NCBI RefSeq assembly: GCF_009914755.1
Contig: NC_060929.1
Origin: the human T2T-CHM13v2.0 reference genome, Homo sapiens
Reading direction: 5' to 3' (one strand)
DNA: 64,000 nucleotides
In this document: positions 1-12,669 of the stretch, in pieces
How positions within the stretch are numbered: the stretch's first letter is position 1
Layout of the letters: every line of letters starts with the position of its first letter
The notes under the pieces: model-generated
What the model saw: only the letters and a program-made list of their open reading frames with translations
What the model was told of the DNA's origin: nothing
Database searches by the model: none
Position numbers and translations under genes: made by a program

Positions 1-115
1 GCTGGGTGTCTGCTGAGGGTCACACAAGAGTGGTGGGGGCACAGAGTCCCAGCTGCAGCTGCTGCGGCTGATCATCACCCACATTGCCTGGAGGGAGTGT
101 CAGGGTGGTAAGGGT

Positions 116-207
116 GGGTCAACTGGTCAACCTCCAGGGCTTTTGTGTTTGTTTCCGAATCAGGTTCTTTCTGTGGGCACCGGCAGGCCTAGTGTTAATA
201 TATATGG
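116..207. promoter_or_regulatory. Candidate motif cluster: nuclear-receptor DR2, forkhead, HNF1 half-site/TATA-like
   Basis: GGGTCA-AC-TGGTCA (116-129), TGTTTGTTT (146-154), GTTAATATATAT (194-205) in otherwise GC-rich DNA. Motif match only. Confidence 0.3.
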
Positions 208-2933
208 ACAGAAAGGATGAGAATCATGTTGGAAACGCCCCTTCGCCCTCCTCCTCCTCTGGAGGCTGGGCTAGAAGGTGGGAATCACCTAATGCCAGGC
301 TGGGGCAGGGGACAGGGAGAGACCTGGAGGAGGCGGGACCTGAGGGTAGGCGACGGGGAAGAGTAGGGTGAACCGATACCCCACCATGGCCAGAGTGGGG
401 GGTGAGGAGGGCAGCCCAGCACCAAAGGTGGGTGGAGAAACTGTGTCCCCTCCCGCAAAGTCTCATTATGTTCTTAAGCCCCTCCAGTCCCAGGAGTTGG
501 GAGATGGGGCCTTAGCCCCAGAGGGGTATGACATGGAAAAGAGAGCCCCAGGCCCAGGACTCGGGGGCACTGAAGAGGGAGAAGCACAGCTCAGGGAGAC
601 GGTTCAGAAGCGCCCTGGCTCTGGGCCCACACACCCCTCCCCACCGCCTTGGCAGGAGTCAGAAGGCTGAGTGTAAGCCGTGACTCGGGGAGGCCTGGCT
701 CCTCGGCTGGCCTGGAAGTCAAGTGAAACCAGGTGGCAACCAGGGGGTGGGGAGGAGCTGAGGACAGGAGGGAGGGGGGCCCACTCCAGTGCAGACCTGG
801 GGAGGTGAGAGACTCCACCTGTCGGGGCTGGCTGGGCTCCTGAAAAGCTGACAGGAGCCAGGGGGTGTCTGTGATCAGGGCTGGGGGCTGCTGGTGCATG
901 GTTCCCGGACTTGAGATGCATAGGAGCTTGCTGGCAGACTTGTCAGAACCCAGGCTGCTGCCTCCCCCTCCCCCTCCTCCAGCTCTGGGTGCAGCCCAGC
1001 CATTTGCATTTCCACTTTCTGGAACTTTCCTAGGTGCTGCGGCTACTGGTCTGGGAACTGCACTTTGAGAACCATGTCCTAGGCCACATGCTCAGCTCCT
1101 GTTGGGACCAGCTTCCCGCAGAGATGGCCTGCCTTATCTCTACCCCACCTGATCAGAATTCTACAGACAAGGGCCCAGCCCTGACCCAGTCTGTGGTCAG
1201 GAAACCAGGACAAGTCCCCTTAAGGGGTCAAGGGTGGCTCCCTTGGTCCAGCTTGTTCCCCAGTCATGGCCCAGCCGGCCCCTTCCCGGCTCCCAGGGAA
1301 GTTAGCTCTAAGGTCTCTGCCACCTGCAGGCCTGGCACCCAATTTGGGATGCTGGTTACCCCATTCTCCAGGGACTCAGCCCCAGAAGACTGTCCCGTTG
1401 TTTCTTGGGGAGGTGGGCTTGGGGTTGGAGAAGCCCCCCATCAGCCGTGACTTGTGTCCCAGGACTTTTCGTGGGAACCTGGGCCCTCGGCCTGGAGCTG
1501 GAGCATCGTTCTCCAAGTCTGCATGCACAATCACAGTCCTTCAGTGTTAGCCGGGAGCCCCCTGGGGTGAGGTTTTGGGGCATCCTTAAATGGCCTGCAG
1601 GGCCTCTGGGAAAACCGTGCATGACTTCAGGCACTCCTTTGTGTGGTCACCTCCCCGTGGCCTCACGCTGGACATGGTAAAAGCAAACCTTACGACAGAA
1701 ATAGAAAAAAAAAAAAAAGGCAGAGACGAAAAGAATCTCAGAAAAAGATAGACATGAATGGCTAGAGAGTTAAGAGAAGATCAAAATGGAAACCTGTTAT
1801 CCATCCTGTTAGCAAACGAGGCCACGCTGTGTGACACGGGGGCCCAGGACTCCACCAGGCGGCCTGTGCAAGCCTGGGCTGCATCTCCTGCCACGGCCAG
1901 GCAGGTCCCACCTCTCTGCAAAGACCCCTCTTCTCTAGAAAGGGGTGATGGTAAAATAAGGCTGGCCATCGAGAAGACCGAGAGGCAGGGTCAGGGGCGG
2001 CACTTTTAAGATAGTGACAACGAGAGCAGCGTGGAGCCAGACGCTGCTGCGAGCTGAGCTGCGATCGCAAATGCACGCAGCTCCCCGCCCAGGGCAGTTC
2101 TCAAAACCTGGATCCGGCGACGGAGGCCCGGCCTGGCCACTGCCTGGCGTTTTCTCATAAACCAGCTTTCACGAGGTGTTGGCTGCTCAGTCTTGACATG
2201 AGGTGAAGCCTCAGGAAAGCCCGGGGCTGTTCATCCGGGTAGTAAACCAGGCTTCGGCTTTCCAAGCCAGACCTCTCCTCCCTGCCCACCCCTCCCTCGG
2301 CTTTTTGGAGGCCACGTGGACGGCGCTGAGTGCATCCCTCTCCAGCGGCCCACCGGGCACTGTGCAGGGGCCGGCGTGCCTTACTTCCCTCCCTGCTCCT
2401 GCGCTGATTCTGCTCCTGCCTCAGAGATCACGGTTTGACATGGGAAACCAAGGCTCAGAGGGGGCAGGGCCGGGACTTGGACTCAGATGCGTCCAGTTTC
2501 AGAGCCAGAAGCCTCCTGGGGGCCTCACCCACTGAATCAGAGTGCGCGCTCACAGGGTGCACATATAACAGCCACCACGACCCTTGTACCACCCGGGGAC
2601 GGCCCAGAACAGCCTGGGGCTTGGAGTCCCCCTGAGGGAAATGGCTGTGCCTTTTCCTAAAGCATTAAAAGGTCCGTAACAGAAAAGCGGGAAATAGCCT
2701 GCAAGGAGGAAGAGCGCGGTGAGAGGTCAAATGGGTGGCGAGGCTCCCGCTCCTTCCCTGTGCCCAGCCTCCCTGCCTGCCCCATCCAAGCCACCACACT
2801 GGGCTGCCCAGCCCACTCCACGCCGGGGGCTCTGTCCCTAGAGCCTGAGCAGGTCCTGACGGGGTAGTCTTCTGTGGCAGCCCCTGGTGGCTGGACTCAT
2901 GTTGTCACAGCTGGGGAACAAGCATTGGGGTGG

Positions 2934-3252
2934 GGTTATCACCCACAGCTATAGGAGTGTGGGACTTGCTGTCTCCTGGGCTCTCACTCCTCAGGAACTG
3001 GGGCTCAGTCCTTTCTGCTCCTGGAGCCTCTCAGACTCTTCTCCTTACTGGGCCTTCCGCTCTGGCAGGGTGGGTTGCGGGGACCCCTCTGAGCTGCTAA
3101 TGCTTCCCTCCCCCCAGGTCTCAGTGAGCTGTGGACGCGGGGAATTCACAGAGGGAAACACCCCTGCTCTATCAAACACCACCCCCACAGGCCCACACGT
3201 CTTCATGTCAGTAGGCTGGAAGCAAATGGCCAAAAATGGAAATGTTTGTGCT
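2934..3252 (+). repeat. Left arm of ~320-bp diverged inverted duplication (IR1)
   Basis: Blocks such as TCAGTCCTTTCTGCTCCTGGAGCC, GGTCTCAGTGAGCTGTGG and GAAGCAAATGGCCAAAAATGGAAAT have colinear reverse complements in 4335-4670. ORFs 2887+ and 4367- share GDPS.L..LPS..VSVSCG. Confidence 0.93.
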
Positions 3253-3967
3253 GGTGCCTGACTCAGTTTCTTTGCCCCTTATTTCTCTTAGGACGTGAGT
3301 GCAGCCAGGCTCCAGACTGTTGGAGCCCCTGGAGCCTGGCCGGTCTCCTCCAGGAGGGTGCTGGGCACCGAGCCGGGGTGGCCCTGCTCTCCCTGTGACC
3401 CTGGCCGTGTGCACGTTAGGAAGTTACTCTCATGCCCTTCCCCCGAAGCTTCCCACAGACTGGTGACTGGCTGTCTGAGGACGTTAAGCGCATCATCTGC
3501 CACACGTCGTGGCTTGATGTTGACTCACACCTGGGTTCACAGAGCAAACTGACGTAGGAAACACCCAATCCAAAGAGGATGCTCCACAGAGGCCAGAGCT
3601 AAGCTCACCCACCTTCAAAGGCATCTGATAATAAAACCAGGACCTCTGGGATCAGAAAGTTCCCGTGTCGGCTGCCAGGATTTTCAAAAGATGTATTCAA
3701 CCTGTTTTAGTCTGGGATTTCATACAATATTTCACTGATTTTCCCTACAGTCGTAATACAGCTGACATTTCTCGGGAAATGAAAATCCATGTGTCCTAAC
3801 CATCTAGTACCAAAGCAGAAGAAGGCAGAGTGCATAGAATTTGCAGATCCACAGCAGCATTAATAGGCAGCTGGAGAAATGAAAGCTTGCATTGCAGGCT
3901 ATAATACAATGCTTGTATCCAACCCGGGCTTCGTGTATGTGGGTATGTTTTTCCAATATTATTATTA

Positions 3968-4312
<345 letters not shown>

Positions 4313-4334
4313 TCACTCACAATCCCACCAACCT

Positions 4335-4670
4335 AGCACAAATATTTCCATTTTTGGCCATTTGCTTCAGCCTGTTGAGATGAGGATATGAGTCTGTGTG
4401 TCACCAGAGGGGGGTCGGGGTGGGTGAGTGTTTGATAAAGTGGGGGTCTGTTTTCCTCCGTGAACTCCCCCGCCCCCACAGCTCACTGAGACCCGGTGGG
4501 AGGGAAGCGTTATCAGCGCAGAAGGGTCCCCGCCGCCTACCCCTGCCCCGTCAGGAGTCTGAGCAGACACCATGGGCTCCAGGAGCAGAAAGGACTGAAC
4601 CTCGGTTCCTGGGGAGCAAGAGCCTGGGAGAGAACAGGACGCACACTCCTATGGCCGTGGGGAGGTGACC
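4335..4670 (-). repeat. Right arm of inverted duplication IR1
   Basis: AGCACAAATATTTCCATTTTTGGCCATTTGCTTC ... GGCTCCAGGAGCAGAAAGGACTGA ... CACACTCCTAT matches the reverse complement of 2934-3252, with indels. Confidence 0.93.
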
Positions 4671-6659
4671 TTCTTTTGCCCTGATGCTCACTGGCTCTAT
4701 GCTGTGCCACTGATCGGATGCCTGGTAACTTCCTCGGCCATTGCCCAGTATCATCAGACATTTGAGTGGCTTCCAATATTGCACTATTAGGATGGGTGCA
4801 ATAAATACCCACAGGCTGACCTCGGCTTTGCCTCTGGACTTCAGCTCCAGGTTTCGTCTCTCGCTCCAGGCTTCCTGCTGTCCGACTTCCTGGCACTCTG
4901 CACCCCCACCTTATTTCTCTCCCACGGCAGCTTCTCATCACCCCGTCTGGAACCAACAACACCCTCTTTTCTCTTTCATTTTACCCATCCTGGTGCTGAC
5001 AGCTCACAGCAACCCTGCCCGAGTCTTCAATGGCCCCCACACACAGCCTCACCGAGGAAAGCCACGTTCTGTAGCCTGGTGATCACCCCTTATGCCTGGG
5101 CCCAGACTCCCCACTTCTCTTCCTCGTCTCCTTCCACATGCCCTTCAAATGTCCAGCCCTGGTCAAACTGACCCGCTCACAAGTCTCTAAGACACTGCTG
5201 GGTCAAGCCTCAGTGCATTTGCCCAGGTGGGTCCCTCCACAGGAGCGCTCCTCCCGAAACCCACCCACCGGACATGTTCCTGCTGCCCTCCTGCAGCTCA
5301 GAGCACCCCTGCCCATGAGCTCTCCTGGCAGGGTCGGGAACTGCCTGCTGCATCTGGGTATGCTCTGCACACTGCTCCAAGGGCTGCCCTCACAGCCGAC
5401 TGTATTTGGGGTTTGCCTGAGCCTCCCCTCCTGGACCAATAACTTCTAGAGGCTCATGACCATTTACCTTTTATCCCCAGTACGAATACAAAGATAAGGT
5501 CAAAGAACACACTCAGTAAATACACGCTGAGCTAATGAATGAACGAACGACAATGAGGCAGTGGGTCTGAGTTCTCCCTACAGACAGTGTGGGCCATTTT
5601 CCCCCGCGCTGTGCTTGCGGAGTTTCCCACTCCTCTGTCCCCCAGCTTTTATACTCAGGAAGGAAGAGGGCCCAAGGAGAAAATAAGGAGCCAAAAGCAA
5701 CCTGCCTGCAAGGCCTCCTCCCAAGATGTGGCAGCTGTGGTGGCACTGCAAGAACTGCCAGTGAAGGACAGAAATGGGCAAGTGGGAGGAGATTGATGCA
5801 GAAAGCCCCCCGCCACCATGGCCACCGCCCACCGACACTGCTCCTCAGGGCATGTCCACCCAGCGCACGCTCTCCACGGTGTGATTCTTCCAGTAGGCTC
5901 ACCTGCCAGAGCCCTTCCGTTATTGCTGGATGTAAAGTTCCCAGCCTCAGAGTCTCAGAAGCTCCCTGCCCTGAAATGCCTTTAACAGATAATTTTTCAG
6001 AGACTCCTGAAATGTAAGTCTCCCTCCAGCAAGCAGGTCTGTCAGAGATGCAAGACCTGCTTTTAGCGCTAGTCCTGATAATCCCACAGCAGAGCCAGTT
6101 CTCCACTCTGCTGAAGAATTTAGGGCTGGGGTGGCATGGGGATGAGTTGGATTTAATCTTACGTTCCCTCTTCTCAAAGGTGAAGAAAGGCCAGATATGC
6201 CTGTTGGAAGCAGGTATCCCTGGAACCTGCAGCGGGGCAGCTCAGGAGGTGGCTTACACTTACTTAAGCAAGTGACTTACATTTACTTAAGCAATGCTGG
6301 TTCTTCAGCGGCTCCTCCCAAGTCCTGGAAGCAGCCCAGGGGATCCCAGCTGGGAGAGGAAGGAGGCTGTGGGTTGCAGCATCAGTGGCCGTCTCCTTGC
6401 TTGTCTCTCCCACTGCCTGTCATCAACTTCCTCCCCTGGTGATTTTGCTGGGCCCTTCCCAGACATCCAGGAGCGGTGGAGATGGGCCTTCTGACTCATC
6501 CAGTGACCAGGCCACCGAGTGGCCTCCCTGCCTCCAGCCCAGCCCAGCCATCCTGTCTCCCATCACTGGCATCCGATGCTGTCACTCCCTTGCACTGAAA
6601 CCTGCAGTGGCTCCCTATTGCCTATTTCCTCAGAACACAAAGCCCTGAGTAACCAGTCA

Positions 6660-6842
6660 AAAGGGAGTTTACTGCAGGACTTCTCAGGGCCTTTAGTATG
6701 CTAACATCCCTTGCAGCTCTCTAAGGTGGAGATTGGAGGGGATTATACGATAAGATTTCCCAAACTTCTGTGACTGTGGAACCCTTTCCGCAGGGACATC
6801 TCATGAGTCAGGTGCTCCAGGGACACTGATTTGGGGATCACT
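6660..6842. mobile_element. MER103-like hAT-Charlie DNA transposon relic
   Basis: GCAGGACTTCTCAGGGCCTTTAGTATGCTAA...TTTCCCAAACTT...GGAACCCTTT resembles the MER103 consensus as I recall it. Confidence 0.6.
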
Positions 6843-6889
6843 AACTAAAGGCTAAAATTTACACTCCTTACCAAGGCAATTGAAGCCTT

Positions 6890-7029
6890 CATAACCCAGC
6901 CTTGACTGGTTCCCCAAACCTGGCTGTCACGCTCCCGTTGCCTCAGTGTGTGGCTTTACATAACCCAGCCTTGACTGACTCCCCAAACCTGGCTGTCACG
7001 CTCCCGTTGCCTCAGTGTGTGGCTTTACA
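6890..7029. repeat. 69-bp tandem duplication (2 copies)
   Basis: CATAACCCAGCCTTGACTG..TCCCCAAACCTGGCTGTCACGCTCCCGTTGCCTCAGTGTGTGGCTTTA at 6890 and 6959, 2 mismatches. Confidence 0.96.
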
Positions 7030-8474
7030 AAATTTTTGCTGCCTGGAAGCGGCTTTCCTTTTCCTCCACCCAGCAAAGTCCCAATGCCCCTTTCAACACA
7101 GCCTCCTGGCCACCTCCTCCAGGAAGCCCTCTCCCATTCCCTTTCCAAAGGTGGGTTTGGCTACACTCTCCCCTGTGTGACAGTTACACAGAGACTCACA
7201 GCACACAGCAACATCTGCATTTAGTCAAAGTGATGCTTCAGTTTGCATTTCACGACTAAGCTGCACAAAAGCTTCAGACCTCACCCAGATGGCGAGACAT
7301 TCACACAGGGTCTGCAGGAGCTGATGTCCACTGGGGAGCTGCACATTCTCATCCCTCCTCACAGAGGGTGCCCACTGACACTAATTCAATGAGTTATCTC
7401 TTGTTTTGCTGGACTTCCCTCCACCCCCAAGTCGTAGAAGTGGACTTGCATTGGTTAAATGTGTATATAATGTGATTCCCATGTGTAGAGTTAAGTGCCT
7501 TTCCCTTCTGTCTGTGGCCTCCTCCAGAGGTGTTTTGTTCTTCATTTAGTGACAGCAGAGTGACAAGGAGCTCCATGTCACATGGCTTCTCCCTGTGGCC
7601 TTGGTGAGCCCAAGGTGGGTATGAATATACAAAGCTGACTGCTTGCGTGACGGGTGGGCACATGCAGGCAGTGTGTGGAGAAACAGCTACGTCCAGCCCT
7701 CCTGAGCCGTTCTGAAGTGGCACCGGCTGCCCCTGCCAAGACACCGGTAAGCTCCCCCTTGCCACTAATCTCACATGCTTACAGGAAAGACGCTCGGCGG
7801 CAGGAGCTAGCAGCGGGGTGCTCAGAGACTATGTGTCCTGCCAACAATGTGCTCAGGACGGATCTGTGGGATCCAAGCCACATCTGCTGAGGCTTTGAGA
7901 AAGTTCTGTTCTCCCTCTCAAAGCTACCAGAGGCCACGAAGGCTGGCCTTGGATTCAGGGTACTGGTTTGAACCCCATGGACATTCTCACCCCAGTCCTT
8001 GCTACAGGACCAGGATGAATATATCATTTACTATCCAAACCAAGATATTTTAAGAGAGGGAGAGACCGGCTAACTTGCAGGAAGAACAGGCATACACTGA
8101 GACTGTCTGGATCATGTGGGATGTACGGTCATTGTAGCTACAACTGGCTGGAGGAGGACAGCAGGGAGCAAGGAGGCACATGGCCATGAGGCAGGTCACC
8201 TGCTGGTGCACTCCAGGCTCAGTGTGGCAGAAAGGTATGGCCACATAAAGAAGAGCTGACCAAGCCCCTCTAACCAGCTGCTCTCCCGAGGGTCCCCTGG
8301 CACAGAACCCCCTCATGTTCTCACCCCAAAGTGCACAGGACAATGAAGGGCAGAGACAGCACAATAGAGACCCCTGCAAGGCCTCCCAGTGCCATCTGTG
8401 GGCACCTGAGTTACCAAGCACCTGTCATGGAGGCTGCTGTCCTGCAATCAATAAGGTTTTTAAAACTTGTCTGT

Positions 8475-10090
8475 TCTAACAAGGGTGCCAAGACCATTCC
8501 ATGGGGAAAAACAGTCTTTTCAACACATGGTGCTGGCACAGCTAGATATCCACATGCAAAAGAATGAAAGTGGACCCCTGCCTCACACCATATGTAGAAA
8601 TTAACTCCAGGTGGATCAGACTTACATGTAAGACTTAAAACTATCAAACTCTTAGAAGAAAACATAGGTGTAAATCTTCATGATCTTGGTATTAGGCAGT
8701 AGTGTGTTAATATGACACCGAAAGCATAAGCAACCAAAGGAGCAATAGATAAACTGGATTTCAAAACAAATAAACTTTTGTGCCTTAAAACAGGGGCCCC
8801 AACCCCTGGGCTGTGGACCAGTTTGTGGCCTGTTAGGAACCGGGCCTCACAGCAGGAGGTGAGTGGCAGGACAGTGAGCATTACCGCCTGAGCTCCACCT
8901 TCTGTCAGATCAGCAGCGGCATCAGATTCTCATAGGAGCATGAACCCTATTGTGAACTATGCATGCAAGGCATCCAGGCTGTGCACTCCTTATGAGAATC
9001 TAATGCCTCCAAAACCATCATCCTTCCACCCTTGTCTGTGGAAAAATTGTTTTCCACGAAACCAGTCCATGGCACCAAAAAGGTTGGAGACCACTGCTTT
9101 AAAAGATACCGTGAAGAAAAGGAAAAAGATAAGCCATGGAATGGCAGAAAATATTTGCAAATCATATATCCGATAAGGGACCTGTAACTATAATACGTAA
9201 AGGATTCTTACAAGTCAACAATAAAAAGACAAATAGGCAGAGGATGTCAATGGACCTTTCTCCAAAGAAGATAAACAAATAGTTACTAAGCACATGAAGA
9301 CATAGGAAACGTCATTAGACAGCAGGGAAATGCAAATTAAAGCCACGATAAAGTACCACTTCACTCCCACTAGGATGGCCAGAATAAAAGAGTCAGACAG
9401 TCAAAAATGTTGGTGAGGATGGGGGGAAACTGGAACCCTCATCCATAGCTGGTGGGAATGTAAAAAATGCTGCAGCAGCTTTGGAAGACAGTCTGGCAGG
9501 TGCTCAAATGGCTTCACACAGACTGCCATACGATCTAGTAATTCTGCTCCTATTTACCCAAGAGAAATGAAACATCTGTCCATACAAACACTTGTACGCC
9601 CATGTTCACAGCAACATTATTAAAAATGGCCCAAAAGTCCAAGTATCCAAATGTCCACCAGCTGATCAATGGATAAATAAAATGTGGTATATTCATACAA
9701 TGAAACATTATTTGAGACTAAAAGGAATGAAGTACTGACACCGGGATGAACATGCAGGAATCTTGAAAACATTACGCTAAGTGAAAGAAGCCAGACACAG
9801 AAAGTCACGTATTATATGATCCTATTTATATGAAATGTCTGGAATAGGGAAATCTGTAGAGACAGAAAGTAGATTAGTGGTTGCTGCGGGCTGGGGGCTT
9901 TGAGGGGAAATGATGGGTGGCTAGTAATAGGAGTGTCTGCTATTTTTTTTTTTTTTTTTTGGTTGATGAATTGTTCCAAAATTTATTGTGGTGTTGGTTG
10001 CACTACTCTGTGAGTATAATAAAAACCACTGACTTCTGCACTTTACATGGGTAAACTGTATAGTGAGTTATATCCTAAGATTGTTATAAA
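8475..10090 (+). mobile_element. Old L1 (L1MB-type) ORF2 3' end and 3' UTR, interrupted by MER1
   Basis: AACAAGGGTGCCAAGACCATT..., CAAACTCTTAGAAGAAAACATAGG, GAAAATATTTGCAAATCATATATC, TAAGTGAAAGAAGCCAGACACA are L1 3' hallmarks. Confidence 0.9.
8791..9096. mobile_element. MER1B-type hAT-Charlie MITE
   Basis: CAGGGGCCCCAACC ... GGTTGGAGACCACTG terminal inverted repeats; 8-bp TSD CCTTAAAA/CTTTAAAA; internal GATTCTCATAGGAGC..TATGAGAATC. Confidence 0.9.
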
Positions 10091-11007
10091 GCAAAAGCAA
10101 TCTGAATGGCTGAGCCCGCACGGACGCAGCATCACAATCTGCCCTGGGTGTCCTCGGAGCACACTCACCTTATTTATATCTTTCAAACAATGCACCTACT
10201 GCATTCCCATCTTTCTTCTAAAATGTTAAAGAAACTGCATCTACAAGACACATCTTCAAACAGAAACACAAAAACCTTACAACGAAACAGGGCTGCACAG
10301 AAGGCCACGCCACCTCCAGAATTGCCCTGGCTAACTGTCAGGACAGCAGCAATGTTTTATCCACACAGAAGCACAAAGGGACAGAAACTGTGTTCTCTGC
10401 CTTCTTACTGAGACACGAGGCCACAGGAAGTCCACTCAGGATGGCAGGGTCCAGCGGACAATGGTCCCTGCTGCCACCCTCAGCCTAAATTCGGCTCCCA
10501 AATGTATCACGCTACCCCATGGCCGGCTCAGCTTTTCACCACTTGCAAATGTAATAGTGAGACCCCTCCTACCAATAGCCACATTGTTACCTGAAGATTG
10601 ACAGTTCAACAGAAAATGCCACATTAGAAGAGGAGGCCTCAGGAAGAACAAGACCCAACGTGGCCAAGCAAGAAAAGGAGAAAGGAGACCTAAGAGTGTG
10701 CCAGCGCTGAAGAGAAACACCTTGGAGGTGTCTGACAGCAGTACCACTGTTAGTGCAACTCCTCACCAGTACAGAACGCCCTCCCTCACTGGGTGCTCAA
10801 AACCACCTGCTCAGCCATCTGCATTTTGCAGAGAGACTCAGGCAGGACAAGAGCCCAAGGACCCACAGCGGGTGCCTGGCAGAAAAGCAGCTCAAGCTCA
10901 GGCCTTCGAACTCCCAACCGTGCATTGTTGCCGAAGTAAACGATTTGTTGCATGCATATAAAACATCTGGCTCGAGAGATGGCCCTGGCAGGGAGCATTA
11001 GCCTTAA

Positions 11008-11378
11008 ATGGAATAGTTTTCAGCCTTAAAAAGGAAGGAAATTCTGACACATGCGACAGCACGGATGGACCTTGAGGATGTTACGCTAAATGAAAGAAGC
11101 CACAAAGAAGAAGTCACGGAAGGACAAATGCTGGATGAGCCAAGCCAGGGTACTCCAAGTCATAAAGATGGGAAGTAAATGGTGGGTGCCAGGGCTGTGG
11201 GGAGGAGGAATGGGGAGTTATGGCTTAATGGGTGCAGAGTTTTCGTTCTGCAAGATGTAAACAGTTCTGATGATGGTTGCACAACAACGTGAATATACTT
11301 AATGCCACTGAACTGTACACTTAAAAATGGTTAAGATGGTACATTTTATGTTATGTATGTTTTACTACAATAAAAAAA
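11008..11378 (+). mobile_element. L1MB-type 3' end fragment
   Basis: CAGCCTTAAAAAGGAAGGAAATTCTGACACATG ... ACTGAACTGTACACTTAAAAATGGTTAAGATGGT. Confidence 0.88.
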
Positions 11379-11442
11379 TTTCCCTGGCACCATTCAGATC
11401 ATGTGAGACCAGCTCCCAATGCATGTGGAAGGAAATTGATAA

Positions 11443-11829
<387 letters not shown>

Positions 11830-12483
11830 TGACAGAAGGATGGGACATAACCCCTTGGTCCCAAGGAAGCAGGTGCTCAGTGTGGCCACAGACTATCAAA
11901 CCTGGAGCGAAAGACCTGGGAGGGCAGGAGGAAGGGAAGCTTCAGGGAGGAAGCAGAGGCAGGACAGGCAAGGAGGAGGCCCAGGGCTCCAGCACAGGCA
12001 GAGCATACAGTCACTATCTGCACCTGTCCTGCCCTGCAGGCCTGGAGCCTCCTGAGGGCAGGTCCGGTACAGGTTTAACCCATGCCCTGATGCTCAGTCA
12101 GCCCAGAGGCTGGCACAGAACAGTGCCTGCCACACACTGGGTGAGTCAACCCTGAGCCCTCAACTCGGAGCCACTCCCAGCTGGAGAACACCTGCTAGGC
12201 TGCATAGGGCCTGCAGCCCCACCCCAGGAATGCAGAGGCAGCCCCACCAGCCCTCTCTCAGCTCACTCCCTGAAGATCTCCAAGGAAGACAACTGTATTG
12301 ACAGCACGGGGTACTTTTCCTGCTCCAAGAAATTAACTCATTTCAAAAGCCACGATGTTCCGGCCTCAACATGGTGTTCACAGCTAAACTGTGTGGCCTG
12401 AAGGTTCACATCTTTGGGTAAACTGAAAATCATCCTTAGCTAGCATTTGGCTGCAAGTTCAGCCTCCTGGTTCCTGAGTCCAC

Positions 12484-12539
12484 CCTGGCACGCAGAGGGG
12501 ACTGCTGATGGTCTGACTCCCATCTGCTACACATGGGGA
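12484..12539 (+). repeat. Left arm of 56-bp inverted repeat flanking the VNTR (IR2)
   Basis: CCTGGCACGCAGAGGGGACTGCTGATGGTCTGACTCCCATCTGCTACACATGGGGA is the reverse complement of 15337-15392 with 1 mismatch. Confidence 0.97.
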
Positions 12540-12600
12540 AACTGAGGTCCAGAGAGATGGTATGCCTCCCCAGGGTCACAAGTGGGACATAGCAGGGCTA
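12518..12600 (-). mobile_element. MIR fragment overlapping the left IR2 arm
   Basis: CCCATCTGCTACACATGGGGAAACTGAGGTCCAGAGAG...CCCAGGGTCACA resembles the antisense MIR core. Confidence 0.65.
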
Positions 12601-12669
12601 AATTACAAGGCCCTGGGTCTCGGGCAAGGGCTGAGGGGAATTAGTTGAGCTAATTAGTCATGCTAAGCA

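Noticed and set aside
1794-1805. 12-nt minus-strand microexon GATGGATAACAG after tttgctaacag
   Set aside because: The downstream donor (gtttcc) is far from consensus.
6001-6013. Plus-strand 13-nt exon-like unit (ttttcag|AGACTCCTGAAAT|gtaagt)
   Set aside because: Isolated, frame-shifting and without partner exons; cannot be distinguished from chance.
10585-10620. AG|GT recursive-splice-like site on the minus strand (similar one near 56843)
   Set aside because: Such motifs are common by chance, and there is no independent evidence of a long host intron.
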